Positions 46,595-57,083 of a DNA stretch of 64,000 bases are shown here, piece by piece (within the stretch, counting starts at the first letter, position 1; every line of letters starts with the position of its first letter). Position numbers and translations under genes: made by a program. Source of the stretch: Pyrinomonadaceae bacterium (GTDB taxonomy: Bacteria > Acidobacteriota > Blastocatellia > Pyrinomonadales > Pyrinomonadaceae); NCBI GenBank assembly GCA_036399835.1, contig DASWMI010000168.1, positions 15,008 to 79,007 on the forward strand. The letters run 5' to 3'. Under the pieces are notes generated by a model. It was not told the origin of the DNA, did no database searches, and saw only the letters and a list, made by a program, of their open reading frames with translations.

Positions 46595-49500
46595 ATGAAG
46601 ATATTCGGGAGCTTTTCCACTCTTCTGCCCAGAGTCGGCACACTTTCCCTGCTGCTCTTTGTCGTCTGCTGTTCAGCCCTGGCTCAGAACATCGTCGGGA
46701 CCATCCTGGGGACTGTCAAAGACCCGCAGGGAGCGCTCGTACAGGGCGCTAAAGTAACGGTCGTCAACAAGGCCACCGGAGACACGCGCGAGGCGACCTC
46801 GGGCGCAGACGGCACTTATACTGTGACCAACTTGCAGCCGGGCCGCTATCGTGTGACGGTCGAGGCGCAGGGGTTTCAGACGGCTGTTTTTGAAGAGGTC
46901 GCGGTTGAGACTAACCAGCGCGTGCCCCTGGATGTGGACTTCTCGACGATTACGGGCGGCGGCGGGACTGTCACCGTGACAGCCGAGGCCGCGCCGCTGG
47001 TCGAGAGTGAAACGAGCGTGCGCGGCGACATCATCACAGGTCGGCAGGTCACGGAATTGCCGATTCCGCAAAGAAACTTTACTTTGCTGGCCGGTCTCTC
47101 GCCAGGAGTCTCGCGCCCGAGCCTGGGAACGCTCGGCGGCGGCGGCAACTTTGACAGCGGCGGTCCGAGCAGGGGCACGGAATCAACTCGTTTCCGCGAA
47201 TCGGGCGGGTCTGTGCTCTCGGCCAACGGCGCTCGCGTCACGAATAACAATTTCTCGCTCGACGGCGTTGATAACAACGAATCGCAGTTCGGACAGATAG
47301 CCATCTTCCCGAACCCCGATTCGATTGCCGAGTTCAAGGTTGAGACCAGCGTCCCTTCGGCTGAGACGGGGCGAGCGGGCGGCGCTGTCATCTCGACTAC
47401 TTTCAAGTCCGGCGCGAACGACTTTCACGGCACGGCCTTCGAGTTTTATCAGGGACTGGTGGCGAGCGCCAAGCCCGTCTATAACGCCAACCCCGCAAAC
47501 ACCAACACGCATAATTTCGGCGGCACTATCGGTGGACCAATCTTCCTCCCGCATTTCGGAGAAGGTGGTCCGGTGCTCTGGAGCGGACGCAACAAATCCT
47601 TCTTCTTCTTCTCCTTTAACGGGCAGCGCAACTCTACGCCGGCCTTCGGCTCCAGCGAAGCTCCCGTCACGGTCCCGACCTTGAGGATGCGCAACGGCGA
47701 TTTTTCCGAACTGCTTCAGCCGGGTAATCTACATACCTATAACACCGTCAATGGACCAGTCGTCGCGCCGCAGGGAACTATCTTCGATGCGAACGGGTTG
47801 CCGTTTCCAGGCAACGTGATTCCTCAGAATCTCTTTTCTCAAGCAGGCTTCAATCTCCTGAACGCTTACCCGCTGCCGACCAACTCAAGCCTGCTCAGAA
47901 ACTTCGACCGCAACCGCAAAGAGAAGGCCAACATCAACCAGTACGACATCAAGCTGGACCACAACTTCACGACCAATAACCGTTTCTTTGGCCGCTACAG
48001 CAAGGCCACCAACGAGCGCATACGCGATAACAACTTCCCGCTCGGCTCTTCGCCCAACGGGCTGGACCTGCCATCGGGTTTCGGCGCGGGCACGGAGTTT
48101 GGTAACACGCGGCAGGTGGCACTCGGCGATACGCACGTTTTCTCGCCAACCGTGGTCAACGATGCGCGCGCGGGATATTCGCGTTTCGAGATCGGCATCT
48201 TTAATACGGGGCAGGGCGGCGCGCAGGGCTTTGACCCGAACATCGCATCGGCTCTGGGCATCCCGAACGTCAATGTCTGCGGCATCACCTGTACGGGGTC
48301 GGTCCTGCTCGGCGTCATCGGTACGAATGCAGATAAGGGCGATCTGGAGTTTATCGGAGATAGCAGCCCCTTCTTCTTCCTCTCGAACAACTTCTATTTC
48401 GGAGATACGCTGACCATCGTGCGCGGCAACAAGACTTTCAAGCTCGGCGGCGAGTTGCGCGTGCGTCAAAACCAACCCGCGACGGCGGGTGCAAGTGCCA
48501 AGGGGCAGTATCAGTACGGCACGCAGAACGGCGGATTCCTGGAGGGCAATTATGGCGGGATACCGATTGGCAATTTGGACGCAGGCTCATCCTACGCCAA
48601 CTTGCTGCTTGGCAATCCGCCTACTCACGTGGACCGTGCGATTCCGGGAGGCCCTTATTTCCAGTCCGGCAAAGAAATCTCCTTCTTCGTGCAGGACGAC
48701 TGGAAAGTTAATCAAGACCTGACGCTCAACCTGGGGCTGCGCTACGACATCTTTACGCCTTATACGGAGCGCTTCGACCGCCAGTTGAATTTTGTCCCGG
48801 AGCAGAACGCGCTCATCCGCGCTGGCGGCGGCATTCCGCGCGGGCTGCGTGAGACTGACAAGAACAACTTCGGGCCGCGCTTCGGGTTTGCCTGGAGCGG
48901 TTTCAGGGATGATAAGACGGTTGTCATTCGCGGCGGTTACGGGCTGCTCTATTCGACTGACGCGGCCAACATCGGCGCGTTTGCAGTGGACCAGCCCTTC
49001 AACGGTGGCGGTAGCTATAACTGCAACATCAACCAGTTCGGGTCTGCTCCCTGCACTCAATTCACGCCCGGCTTTAATCTGGACACGCCGCTCCCGCTGC
49101 CGCCGAACGTCTTTCTAGCCGGACCAGTCTTTCCCGCCTCGGCTATTTCACAGAACGTCTCGGCAGTTGATCTCAATCTCAAGGACGAGCTGTATCACCA
49201 GTTCAACCTGACGGGTCAATGGGAATTCAAACCGAGCTGGCTCGCCGAAATCGCTTATGTCGCAAGCTTTGGTCGCAATCTACTGATTGACCGCAACATC
49301 GGAACAGACCCCGGTAGAGGACCGGGCGCGCGCATCGTGTCCAACCTCGCCTTTGTCAACTTTACGGATGACATCGGCCAGTCCAGCTACAATGCGCTCC
49401 AGACCAAACTGGAGAAGCGTTTCACGCGCGGCCTCTCCATCCTTTCGACCTACACCTGGTCGCACACGATTGATAACGGGCCGGGTCGTTTCGCCGGTAA

Positions 49501-50188
49501 CAGTAACCCCGGCAGAGACCTCTATGGACCAAACAATCCGCTCGATGTGAATAACGAACGCGCCAACTCGGATTTGGACATCAGGCACAGATTTACCTTT
49601 GCCAACGTTTACGACCTGCCGTTCGGACGTGAGCGACGGTTCGGCGCGGGTTGGTCCAGGGCAGTTGATTTCTTTATCGGCGGCTGGCAGTGGAATAACC
49701 TTATACAGATTCAGAGCGGAGCGCCCTACACAGTCGTCTTCGGCGAAAATGGTCCACGTCCGATGCTGGTCGGCGACCCGACCCCGACCGAAGAACAGCG
49801 CGCCAGAAGAATGCAGTTTAATCCGGCTGCTTTTGCGCCGCCGTCAATCCGCGTCTTCCCGGGCAGCGCGTCTCCCGTTTACGGCTCTCTCGGTCGCAAC
49901 ACGTTTCGCGCGGACCGTCAGGAATACTGGGACATGTCCTTCTTCAAAAACTTCCGCTGGGGCGAGAAGCTCAACATACAGGCGCGAGTTCAGGTCTATA
50001 ATATTCTGAACCACGTCAATCGTAATGTCCCCGAGCGCAACATCGAACCCTGCTTCATCAACGGCGTCTTTAATCAGGCGCAGTGCCTGACGAACACGCA
50101 GGATAATCCGAACAGCAGGCACATCGGAATAGACACCAGCGCGCAGCGGCAAAGGCAGACGGAGTTCGGCCTGAGGCTGGTCTGGTAA
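46595..50188 (+). CDS. TonB-dependent receptor with N-terminal carboxypeptidase-regulatory-like domain
   Basis: Signal peptide, CarboxypepD_reg-like segment (GTVKDPQGALVQGAKVTVVN...GTYTVTNLQPGRYRV), plug and large beta-barrel, with a terminal aromatic residue (..RLVW). Confidence 0.9.
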   Translation: MKIFGSFSTLLPRVGTLSLLLFVVCCSALAQNIVGTILGTVKDPQGALVQGAKVTVVNKATGDTREATSGADGTYTVTNLQPGRYRVTVEAQGFQTAVFEEVAVETNQRVPLDVDFSTITGGGGTVTVTAEAAPLVESETSVRGDIITGRQVTELPIPQRNFTLLAGLSPGVSRPSLGTLGGGGNFDSGGPSRGTESTRFRESGGSVLSANGARVTNNNFSLDGVDNNESQFGQIAIFPNPDSIAEFKVETSVPSAETGRAGGAVISTTFKSGANDFHGTAFEFYQGLVASAKPVYNANPANTNTHNFGGTIGGPIFLPHFGEGGPVLWSGRNKSFFFFSFNGQRNSTPAFGSSEAPVTVPTLRMRNGDFSELLQPGNLHTYNTVNGPVVAPQGTIFDANGLPFPGNVIPQNLFSQAGFNLLNAYPLPTNSSLLRNFDRNRKEKANINQYDIKLDHNFTTNNRFFGRYSKATNERIRDNNFPLGSSPNGLDLPSGFGAGTEFGNTRQVALGDTHVFSPTVVNDARAGYSRFEIGIFNTGQGGAQGFDPNIASALGIPNVNVCGITCTGSVLLGVIGTNADKGDLEFIGDSSPFFFLSNNFYFGDTLTIVRGNKTFKLGGELRVRQNQPATAGASAKGQYQYGTQNGGFLEGNYGGIPIGNLDAGSSYANLLLGNPPTHVDRAIPGGPYFQSGKEISFFVQDDWKVNQDLTLNLGLRYDIFTPYTERFDRQLNFVPEQNALIRAGGGIPRGLRETDKNNFGPRFGFAWSGFRDDKTVVIRGGYGLLYSTDAANIGAFAVDQPFNGGGSYNCNINQFGSAPCTQFTPGFNLDTPLPLPPNVFLAGPVFPASAISQNVSAVDLNLKDELYHQFNLTGQWEFKPSWLAEIAYVASFGRNLLIDRNIGTDPGRGPGARIVSNLAFVNFTDDIGQSSYNALQTKLEKRFTRGLSILSTYTWSHTIDNGPGRFAGNSNPGRDLYGPNNPLDVNNERANSDLDIRHRFTFANVYDLPFGRERRFGAGWSRAVDFFIGGWQWNNLIQIQSGAPYTVVFGENGPRPMLVGDPTPTEEQRARRMQFNPAAFAPPSIRVFPGSASPVYGSLGRNTFRADRQEYWDMSFFKNFRWGEKLNIQARVQVYNILNHVNRNVPERNIEPCFINGVFNQAQCLTNTQDNPNSRHIGIDTSAQRQRQTEFGLRLVW

Positions 50189-50220
50189 AAGCTCCGGCGT
50201 CTCTTTTGTGTCATGCAGCC

Positions 50221-50266
50221 AGGAGCGGCGGGCAAACTATCATGCTCGCCGCTCCTTCATCTTTAT
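50221..50266 (+). terminator. rho-independent terminator
   Basis: 13-bp stem AGGAGCGGCGGGC (50221-50233) / GCTCGCCGCTCCT (50244-50256), then TCATCTTTAT. Confidence 0.75.
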
Positions 50267-50369
50267 ACGGCAGCGTTCAATCCGCGACTGCTTGAGATTA
50301 AAGCGCGAAACCTTTAACCTGTAGCCAGACTCCCCGAAAACCATTTCCCTATGCTTTAGAACTCTGATC

Positions 50370-51488
50370 ATGCGCAGCACCTGGCGAGATTTTATGGCGG
50401 ACGCACGGGAAGAGGCTGCAACAGCCTGCCTGACCCTGTTAGCGTCCATAGTCCTCTTAGCCTTCGCCGCGCAGCCGTCCTTCATCGTTCGAGCACAAAC
50501 GCCCGCTGCCAGTCAGACTCAGACATCGGGCCAGCTCGCAGCCGTGATAGAACAACTGCGCGCACATCCTTCCGATGCATCGAAACTGAATGCTGCGCGA
50601 CTGGCGGGCTTTAATCTGATAGCCGCTTTACGCTTTGAAGATGCCTGGTCCATTTTCAGCGCGATGCTTGAAGTCGCTCCAAAGGACCAGCAGGCTTTAT
50701 ACGGCGGCGCCCTCGCGCTCTTTAATTTGAGACAGGTCGGGCAGGCCGAACAGCTTGCCAGGTCCGCTGTCGAAGCGGCCCATCTCTCAGAGCCTTCGAC
50801 GGTCGAGGCGGCGCGGGTCAGGTCGGATGCGCTGGTCCTGCTCGGCGTGATTCTGGCCGTCAAAGGCGACGGCGCGGGCGCGCTCAAGGCTGTGGAGCAG
50901 GCTGCTTTGCTTGCGCCCGCGAGCTTTGACGCGCAGTTCGCGCTGGGCCGCGCGCGTTATGGTACGGGCGATGTGGCGGGGGCTGCCGTGGCTTTTCGCC
51001 GCGCCGTCAGCCTGCGGCCCTCTGATGCCAAGGCCATCTTCTTTCTGGCGACGGCGCTTGAAGAATCTGCTGACTACGCGGGCGCGCTCGTCGCCTATAG
51101 AGAGCTGCTGTCGGCTCATCCTGAGAACGCCGAAGGCTATCTGGGACTCGGCGCGTTGCTCATCAAATCCGGCGGCGAAAAGATTGAAGAGGGCATCAAG
51201 GCTTTGCAGCGGGCCGTCGCGCTCAACGGCGCGCTTTACGAGGCACGCGTCACGCTGGGCCGCACGCTGATTCGCACGGGACGCGCAGCCGAAGCTCTTG
51301 AGCATCTAAAACGCGCGGCAGAGCTTGCTCCAAGTAATCCTGAGCCGCACTACCAGCTCGCGCTCGCCTACAGGCGACTGGGCAAAACCCTTGAGGCCGA
51401 GCAGGAATCCGCCATCGTCAAACAGATTCATCTCACGCGGCGCGGGAATGTTGATGAAGCGGGCCGCGCGCCTAAGAATCAGGATTAG
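50370..51488 (+). CDS. TPR-repeat protein (secreted or anchored)
   Basis: N-terminal hydrophobic segment and multiple TPR units. Confidence 0.8.
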   Translation: MRSTWRDFMADAREEAATACLTLLASIVLLAFAAQPSFIVRAQTPAASQTQTSGQLAAVIEQLRAHPSDASKLNAARLAGFNLIAALRFEDAWSIFSAMLEVAPKDQQALYGGALALFNLRQVGQAEQLARSAVEAAHLSEPSTVEAARVRSDALVLLGVILAVKGDGAGALKAVEQAALLAPASFDAQFALGRARYGTGDVAGAAVAFRRAVSLRPSDAKAIFFLATALEESADYAGALVAYRELLSAHPENAEGYLGLGALLIKSGGEKIEEGIKALQRAVALNGALYEARVTLGRTLIRTGRAAEALEHLKRAAELAPSNPEPHYQLALAYRRLGKTLEAEQESAIVKQIHLTRRGNVDEAGRAPKNQD

Positions 51489-51695
51489 AAACAAAAGTCA
51501 GAGAAATCAAAAGTGGCGATTCAATACAGCGAGCAGCACAAGGCTGGACCAGCAACGATGAAGGATAAGCTGGGAAAGATGACTTGCGAGCTTAGGTTGC
51601 TTTTCCTGCCAGCTCATCTGTCCGCGTTTATCGTTGCTCCTTCGTCTCTCTCTGTTAAGAGTCTCTCAGGATTTATTCGACTCAAAGAAAATCTC

Positions 51696-53378
51696 ATGAG
51701 CCGCTTCTCGCTGCAAGTCCTGATGGCTCTCGCACTTTTTCTTTGCGCCATTACTACTTCTTCCACCATCGCGTTGGCCCAGCGACGCCGCGCAGCGCAG
51801 CCTGCCGCGACGACAACGCAAAGCGAAACGGGCGGCGACGAGGCGCTGCTGCGTGAGATTGGAGGGATGTTGCAGGCGGGCAGGCTCGACGAGGCGGAGG
51901 CGGGCGCACGCCGCGCCGTCTCTGCCGCACCGAAGAACGCCGAGCTGCATAACCTGCTCGGCGTGATTCTGGACCAGCGCAGGCAGGCCGAGGAAGCCGA
52001 GCGCGAATACAGGCAGGCGCTGCAACTGAACCCTTTGATTATCTCCGCACGCGCCAATTTGGGAGTCCTGCTGGCGCGGACCAATCGTCCCGAACAGGCC
52101 ATCGAAGCCTTCGAGACCGTGTTGCGCTTTGCTCCGCGTCATCCGCAGGCCATCTTTAACCTGGGCGCGCTCTATCTCGCCAAAGGCAATTACGAGCGGG
52201 CCATCCCACTGCTAGAACGCGCGGCTGGCATAAATTCAGCTCAGGAACTGCCGCCCGATGCGGACCTCTCGCTGCTGCTCGCACTGACCAACGCCTATCT
52301 TCGCGCTGGTCGCGCTAAGGAGGCGGCGAAGCTTCTGGACCAGCTTGAGGCCAGAGCGGGTCAGGACCCGCGCGTGCTCTTTACGCTCGGTCTGCAAATG
52401 GCTGCGGCACAGGACTACGAGCGCGCCGCGCAACTTTTTCAGAAAACGAATGAGTTGCGACCCAACACCGCCGAGGTTCTCTACAATCTGGGCGTCGCGC
52501 TCTACAACCTGAATCGTCTGGATGATGCAGAGCGCGCTCTTTCATCTGCGGCCACGCTCGCGCCCGATAATGCGGAGAGCTTTTATCGCCTCGGCCTCAT
52601 CGCGTCCGAGCGCAAACAGAGCGAGACGGCGCTTGGCTACTGGCAAAAGGCGCTCTCGCTCAAAGCAAATTTCGCGGACGCCAATTTTATGACTGCCGAA
52701 GAACTGACGAAAAACAGGCGCAGCGATGCGGCGATAGAATTTTACGAGCGCGCGCTGGTCCAGGATTCTTCAAAGCCTATCTATTATGTGCGGCTCGGCG
52801 CGGCACACCTGCGCCGCCGTCGCTATTCGCAGGCGCGTGAGGTCTATGAGCGCGCCGCCAAATTGTTCCCACAGTCAGCCGAGATTCATTACCTGGTCGG
52901 CTACGCCGCCCGCGCCCAGGGCCAATATAACGATGCGCGCGCAGCTTTCGAGCGTGCGCTGGCGATTCAGCCCGATAATTCGGACGTAATCGCCAACCTG
53001 GGGTTTATTGCCGGAGAGCGCGGCGAGAATGAGCGGGCCGAACAACTCCTGCGCCGGGCCATCGCGCTCAATGAGAAAAACTTTCCGGCCCATTACGACC
53101 TGGGAAAACTTCTCGTCCGCCTCAAGCGTTATGAAGAGGCCGTGCCCGTGCTGGAACGCGCCGCGCAGATGGGAGGGAGCGACCCCGGAATCCATTACCA
53201 GCTTTTCACGGCCTACTCTCGCCTCAAGCGCAAGGCGGATGCCGAGCGCGAGCTGGCAATCTTTAAGCGGCTTGAAGAGGCGCGCAAGAGCGTTGATGGG
53301 ATGGGCAGCGGAACAACGACCATCGAGCCGCCCACCGTGCAGCCAAAGACGGAAAGCTCTACTCCAAAAAATCCATAA
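51696..53378 (+). CDS. TPR-repeat protein (secreted)
   Basis: Signal peptide at ATG 51696 (MSRFSLQVLMALALFLCAITTSSTIALAQ) and more than 10 TPR units. The track start 51513 adds an implausible leader. Confidence 0.8.
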   Translation: MSRFSLQVLMALALFLCAITTSSTIALAQRRRAAQPAATTTQSETGGDEALLREIGGMLQAGRLDEAEAGARRAVSAAPKNAELHNLLGVILDQRRQAEEAEREYRQALQLNPLIISARANLGVLLARTNRPEQAIEAFETVLRFAPRHPQAIFNLGALYLAKGNYERAIPLLERAAGINSAQELPPDADLSLLLALTNAYLRAGRAKEAAKLLDQLEARAGQDPRVLFTLGLQMAAAQDYERAAQLFQKTNELRPNTAEVLYNLGVALYNLNRLDDAERALSSAATLAPDNAESFYRLGLIASERKQSETALGYWQKALSLKANFADANFMTAEELTKNRRSDAAIEFYERALVQDSSKPIYYVRLGAAHLRRRRYSQAREVYERAAKLFPQSAEIHYLVGYAARAQGQYNDARAAFERALAIQPDNSDVIANLGFIAGERGENERAEQLLRRAIALNEKNFPAHYDLGKLLVRLKRYEEAVPVLERAAQMGGSDPGIHYQLFTAYSRLKRKADAERELAIFKRLEEARKSVDGMGSGTTTIEPPTVQPKTESSTPKNP

Positions 53379-53400
53379 CTGCCAAAGCTCAAAAGACCAG

Positions 53401-55332
53401 ATGCGAAGCACCTTTGCCGGAACTCTCCTGGGAATCATGCTGTGCGCCCAGCTTTCTGTACATACTGAAGCACGCGCCGTGCGCTCCTTTGCGCCGCCGA
53501 CCGTTGCCGCAGCCGCGCCGTCCGTGCTCAAAGTCGAGCCGCCTTCATGGTGGGCCGGGCACAGCATCAACCCTGTGCGTCTGCTCGTGCGCGGCACAAA
53601 TCTGCACGGGGCACGCGTCGCGTCCACGCGCACGGAGATACGGCCCGAAGCTATACTGGTCAATCCGTCGGGGACATATCTCTTCGTCAGCCTGCACATC
53701 AACGCCAATGCTCAACCCGGCGACTATCCTCTGATTTTAGAGACCACCGAAGGCAGGACCAGCATCCCCTTTAGCCTCAACCCGCCGCTCGATGCCGCGA
53801 CCAACTTTCAAGGGATGACGCGCGATGATGTCATCTACCTGATAATGACCGACCGCTTTAGCAACGGCGACACGGCGAATGATGCTCCGGCAGGCTCAAC
53901 CAAAGAGACCAGCGACCGCAGCAATCCGCGCTCTTATCACGGCGGAGATTTTCGCGGCATCATCAATCATCTGCCTTATCTCAAAGACCTCGGCGTGACG
54001 GCCATCTGGCTCACTCCCTGGTACGACAACTGGAACGGCTTCTACAGATGCGAGAAGCCCTGGTGTCCGTACACCTACTATCACGGTTATCACGCGCTGG
54101 ACTATTACGCCGTCGAAGACCACTTCGGCGACCTCGGGACTTTGCGCGAGCTGGTCCAGAAGGCGCACTCTCTGGGTCTCAAGGTGATTCAGGACCAGGT
54201 GGCAAACCACGTCGGCTCGCAGCATGCCTGGACCACAGACCCGCCGCTCGCCGACTGGTTTCACGGCACGCTTCAGAGCCACTTGAAGAACCCTTTTCGT
54301 GGTGACCTGCTGCTCTCGCCGCACGCTGCGGAAGACGAGCGCAGACCCACGCTCGACGGCTGGTTCTCGGACGACCTGCCGGACATGAGTCAGGAAGAGC
54401 CCGAGGTGGCGCGCTACTTGATTCAGAACTCGCTCTGGTGGACGGGCATGACGGGCCTCGACGCGATACGCCAGGACACTATCCAGTACATGCCGCGCTC
54501 CTTCATACGCGAGTTATCAAAGGCGCTTCATCGCCAGTATCCAAGGATGTGGATGGTCGGAGAAGTCTTTGACCGCGACCCCGCGCAGACGGCCTTCTTT
54601 ATCGGCGGGCGCGAGGGTTGGGACGGGATTGATACGGAGCTTGATTCCGTTTTCGATTTTCCGCTCTGGCAAGCCTCGCTCGATGTCTTCAGCCACAGGA
54701 AGCCCGCGCGCACGCTGCGCGACGTGCTCAAATACGATGCTCTTTATTCTGATGCCTCGCGGCTGACGACCATGCTCAGCAATCATGATGTGGACCGGAC
54801 GGTTTCACTCGAAGGCATGACACTCGAAGGAGCTGCGTTGCACACAGCCTTTATGCTCATGGTGAGAGGCACGCCGCAACTCTATTACGGCGACGAGATC
54901 GCTTTGAAAGGCGGGTCCGACCCTGACAATCGTAGAGACTTCCCAGGAGGCTTTCCGGGTGATGCGCGCAGCGCCTTTACCAAAGCCGGACGCACGCCCG
55001 AAGAAGAGCGCATCTACACTGCCGTACGCGACTGGCTACGACTGCGCCGCGAGCACTCCGCCATTCGTCACGGCTCTTTGATTGACCTGGCCTATGACGA
55101 AGACCTTTACGCCTTCGCGCGCAGCGATGCGAGCGAGACTGTCATCATCGCCATCAATCGAGCGGCGACCCCCGCGCAGCTTTCAATCAAAGCTCGCTTG
55201 CTCAATCTGGCCGACGGCGCGCGTCTCTCTCCGCTGCTGGGTGCGCAGGGCAACAGGCCGTTCGTGAATGGAGCTGCGACGGTTTCCGTTCCTCCGCGCA
55301 CGGCTCTGGCTTACAGGGTGCTGAGCCGTTAG
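53401..55332 (+). CDS. GH13 alpha-amylase-family hydrolase with cyclomaltodextrinase-type N-terminal domain
   Basis: Signal peptide at ATG 53401. LKVEPPSWWAGH (Cyc-maltodext_N-like), DRFSNGD, HGGDFRG, GLKVIQDQVANH, DAIRQD, EVF. The track ORF from 53008 overlaps the TPR gene. Confidence 0.9.
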   Translation: MRSTFAGTLLGIMLCAQLSVHTEARAVRSFAPPTVAAAAPSVLKVEPPSWWAGHSINPVRLLVRGTNLHGARVASTRTEIRPEAILVNPSGTYLFVSLHINANAQPGDYPLILETTEGRTSIPFSLNPPLDAATNFQGMTRDDVIYLIMTDRFSNGDTANDAPAGSTKETSDRSNPRSYHGGDFRGIINHLPYLKDLGVTAIWLTPWYDNWNGFYRCEKPWCPYTYYHGYHALDYYAVEDHFGDLGTLRELVQKAHSLGLKVIQDQVANHVGSQHAWTTDPPLADWFHGTLQSHLKNPFRGDLLLSPHAAEDERRPTLDGWFSDDLPDMSQEEPEVARYLIQNSLWWTGMTGLDAIRQDTIQYMPRSFIRELSKALHRQYPRMWMVGEVFDRDPAQTAFFIGGREGWDGIDTELDSVFDFPLWQASLDVFSHRKPARTLRDVLKYDALYSDASRLTTMLSNHDVDRTVSLEGMTLEGAALHTAFMLMVRGTPQLYYGDEIALKGGSDPDNRRDFPGGFPGDARSAFTKAGRTPEEERIYTAVRDWLRLRREHSAIRHGSLIDLAYDEDLYAFARSDASETVIIAINRAATPAQLSIKARLLNLADGARLSPLLGAQGNRPFVNGAATVSVPPRTALAYRVLSR

Positions 55333-55434
55333 CCGGAGACCGAAGAGGCTGGCAAGCGCTTGGGCAACTCTGGTATAAACGTGCTGCATTTCAAAATCCC
55401 CTGTCATCTTAGCTGTAAAGTTTGAGGAGGGACT

Positions 55435-56985
55435 GTGAGCTTCTCTCGTTCAAGCGGGCTGCTCTTGCATCCGACATCGCTGCCGGGGCCTTTCGGCGTC
55501 GGAGACCTCGGCGACGAGGCATATCGCTTCGCGGATTTTCTCAAAGAGAGCGGGCAGGGTCTCTGGCAGATGTTGCCGCTTGGACCAACGGGCTACGGCA
55601 ATTCACCTTACGCGGGCTTCTCTGCCTTCGCCGGAAACACGCTGCTCATCAGCCCGCACAGGCTGGTTGAAGAGGGTCTGCTTCAGCCTTCAGACATCGC
55701 TAATCCTCCAACCTTCCCCGAAGAGACGGTTGATTACAGCGAGGCTTATAAATTCAAAGACAAGCTTTTGCGCCGCGCTTTCGAGGCGTTTCGCCGGACG
55801 ACGGATACCGGCTTTAAAGCCAACTTCGAGCACTTCTGCCTCCATGCCGCTTCCTGGCTGGATGATTACGCGCTCTATCGTGCGCTCAAAAAAGCTCACG
55901 GCGAGAAATCCTGGACCGATTGGGAGCCGCAGTTTGTCAGACGCGAGGCTGCGGCCCTCGCCTCGGCTCGCCGCGACCTTGAAGAAGAGATCGAAGCGCA
56001 GAAGTTTTACCAGTTTCTCTTTTTCAGGCAATGGTTCGCGCTCAAGGACTACTGCCATGCGCGTGGCATCAGCATCATCGGAGACATCCCCATCTTCGTC
56101 GCCTTCGATTCGGCTGACGTGTGGACCAATCCTGAACAGTTCAAGCTCAGCGAGGACCGCCGTCCGATGGTCGTCGCCGGTGTCCCGCCCGATTACTTTA
56201 GCGCGACGGGGCAGCTCTGGGGCAATCCCATCTACAACTGGGAACAGATGGTCGAGGACGGCTTTCGCTGGTGGATTGCGCGCGTCAGGGCCGCGCTGCA
56301 AACGATTGACATCCTGCGTATAGACCATTTCCGAGGCTTCGCTGCCTGCTGGGAGATTCCCGGCGGCGATGAGACGGCTGTGCGCGGGCGTTGGGTCAGC
56401 GCGCCCGGCAGAGAGTTGTTTAAGGCCATCAGGGAAGCTCTCGGAGAGTTGCCGATTATCGCCGAAGACCTCGGCGTCATCACGCCGGATGTCATCGCGC
56501 TGCGCCAGGAGTTCGACTTTCCAGGGATGAGCATTCTGCAATTCGCCTTTGACGGCGACAATGGCAACAGCAGGTTTCTCCCGCACAATTACAAGCATAA
56601 CTCTGTGGTCTACACGGGGACGCATGACAACGACACGATTGTCGGCTGGTTCAACAGCCACGCCGGCGCAGGCTCTACGCGCACAGCCGAGCAGATCGAG
56701 CGTGAACGCCGTCTCTGCCTGGAATATCTGGGTACGGACGGCAGCCGGATTCACATGGATTTCATACGCGCCGTGCTCGCCTCCGTCGCAGACATCGCGC
56801 TCATCCCCGTGCAAGACCTGCTCGGTCTGGGCACGGAGGCACGCATGAACCTCCCTAACACGACGGAAGGCAACTGGGCCTGGCGATATAAGCAGGGCGC
56901 TCTGACCGAAGAACTGGGCCGGCAGCTGGGAAAGTTAACGGCCCTTTACGGTCGAGCGCACAAGAGAAATGAGCAAGAGGCTTGA
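55435..56985 (+). CDS. malQ: 4-alpha-glucanotransferase (GH77)
   Basis: SSGLLLHPTSLPGPFGVGDLG, full-length MalQ similarity, GTG start. Confidence 0.95.
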   Translation: MSFSRSSGLLLHPTSLPGPFGVGDLGDEAYRFADFLKESGQGLWQMLPLGPTGYGNSPYAGFSAFAGNTLLISPHRLVEEGLLQPSDIANPPTFPEETVDYSEAYKFKDKLLRRAFEAFRRTTDTGFKANFEHFCLHAASWLDDYALYRALKKAHGEKSWTDWEPQFVRREAAALASARRDLEEEIEAQKFYQFLFFRQWFALKDYCHARGISIIGDIPIFVAFDSADVWTNPEQFKLSEDRRPMVVAGVPPDYFSATGQLWGNPIYNWEQMVEDGFRWWIARVRAALQTIDILRIDHFRGFAACWEIPGGDETAVRGRWVSAPGRELFKAIREALGELPIIAEDLGVITPDVIALRQEFDFPGMSILQFAFDGDNGNSRFLPHNYKHNSVVYTGTHDNDTIVGWFNSHAGAGSTRTAEQIERERRLCLEYLGTDGSRIHMDFIRAVLASVADIALIPVQDLLGLGTEARMNLPNTTEGNWAWRYKQGALTEELGRQLGKLTALYGRAHKRNEQEA

Positions 56986-57083
56986 GCAGCGCGGAAGAAA
57001 GAGAAGCTCAGGAGGAGAACTAAAAGGACTGGTCCATCCAGTTCAGGGATGTTCCTTCAGGAATTCTCTATTCGTCTAATGCT

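Noticed and set aside
53008-53400. N-terminal extension of the first GH13 gene in the ORF track (774 aa)
   Set aside because: The extension overlaps the TPR gene in another frame. A signal peptide begins at ATG 53401, right after the TPR stop.
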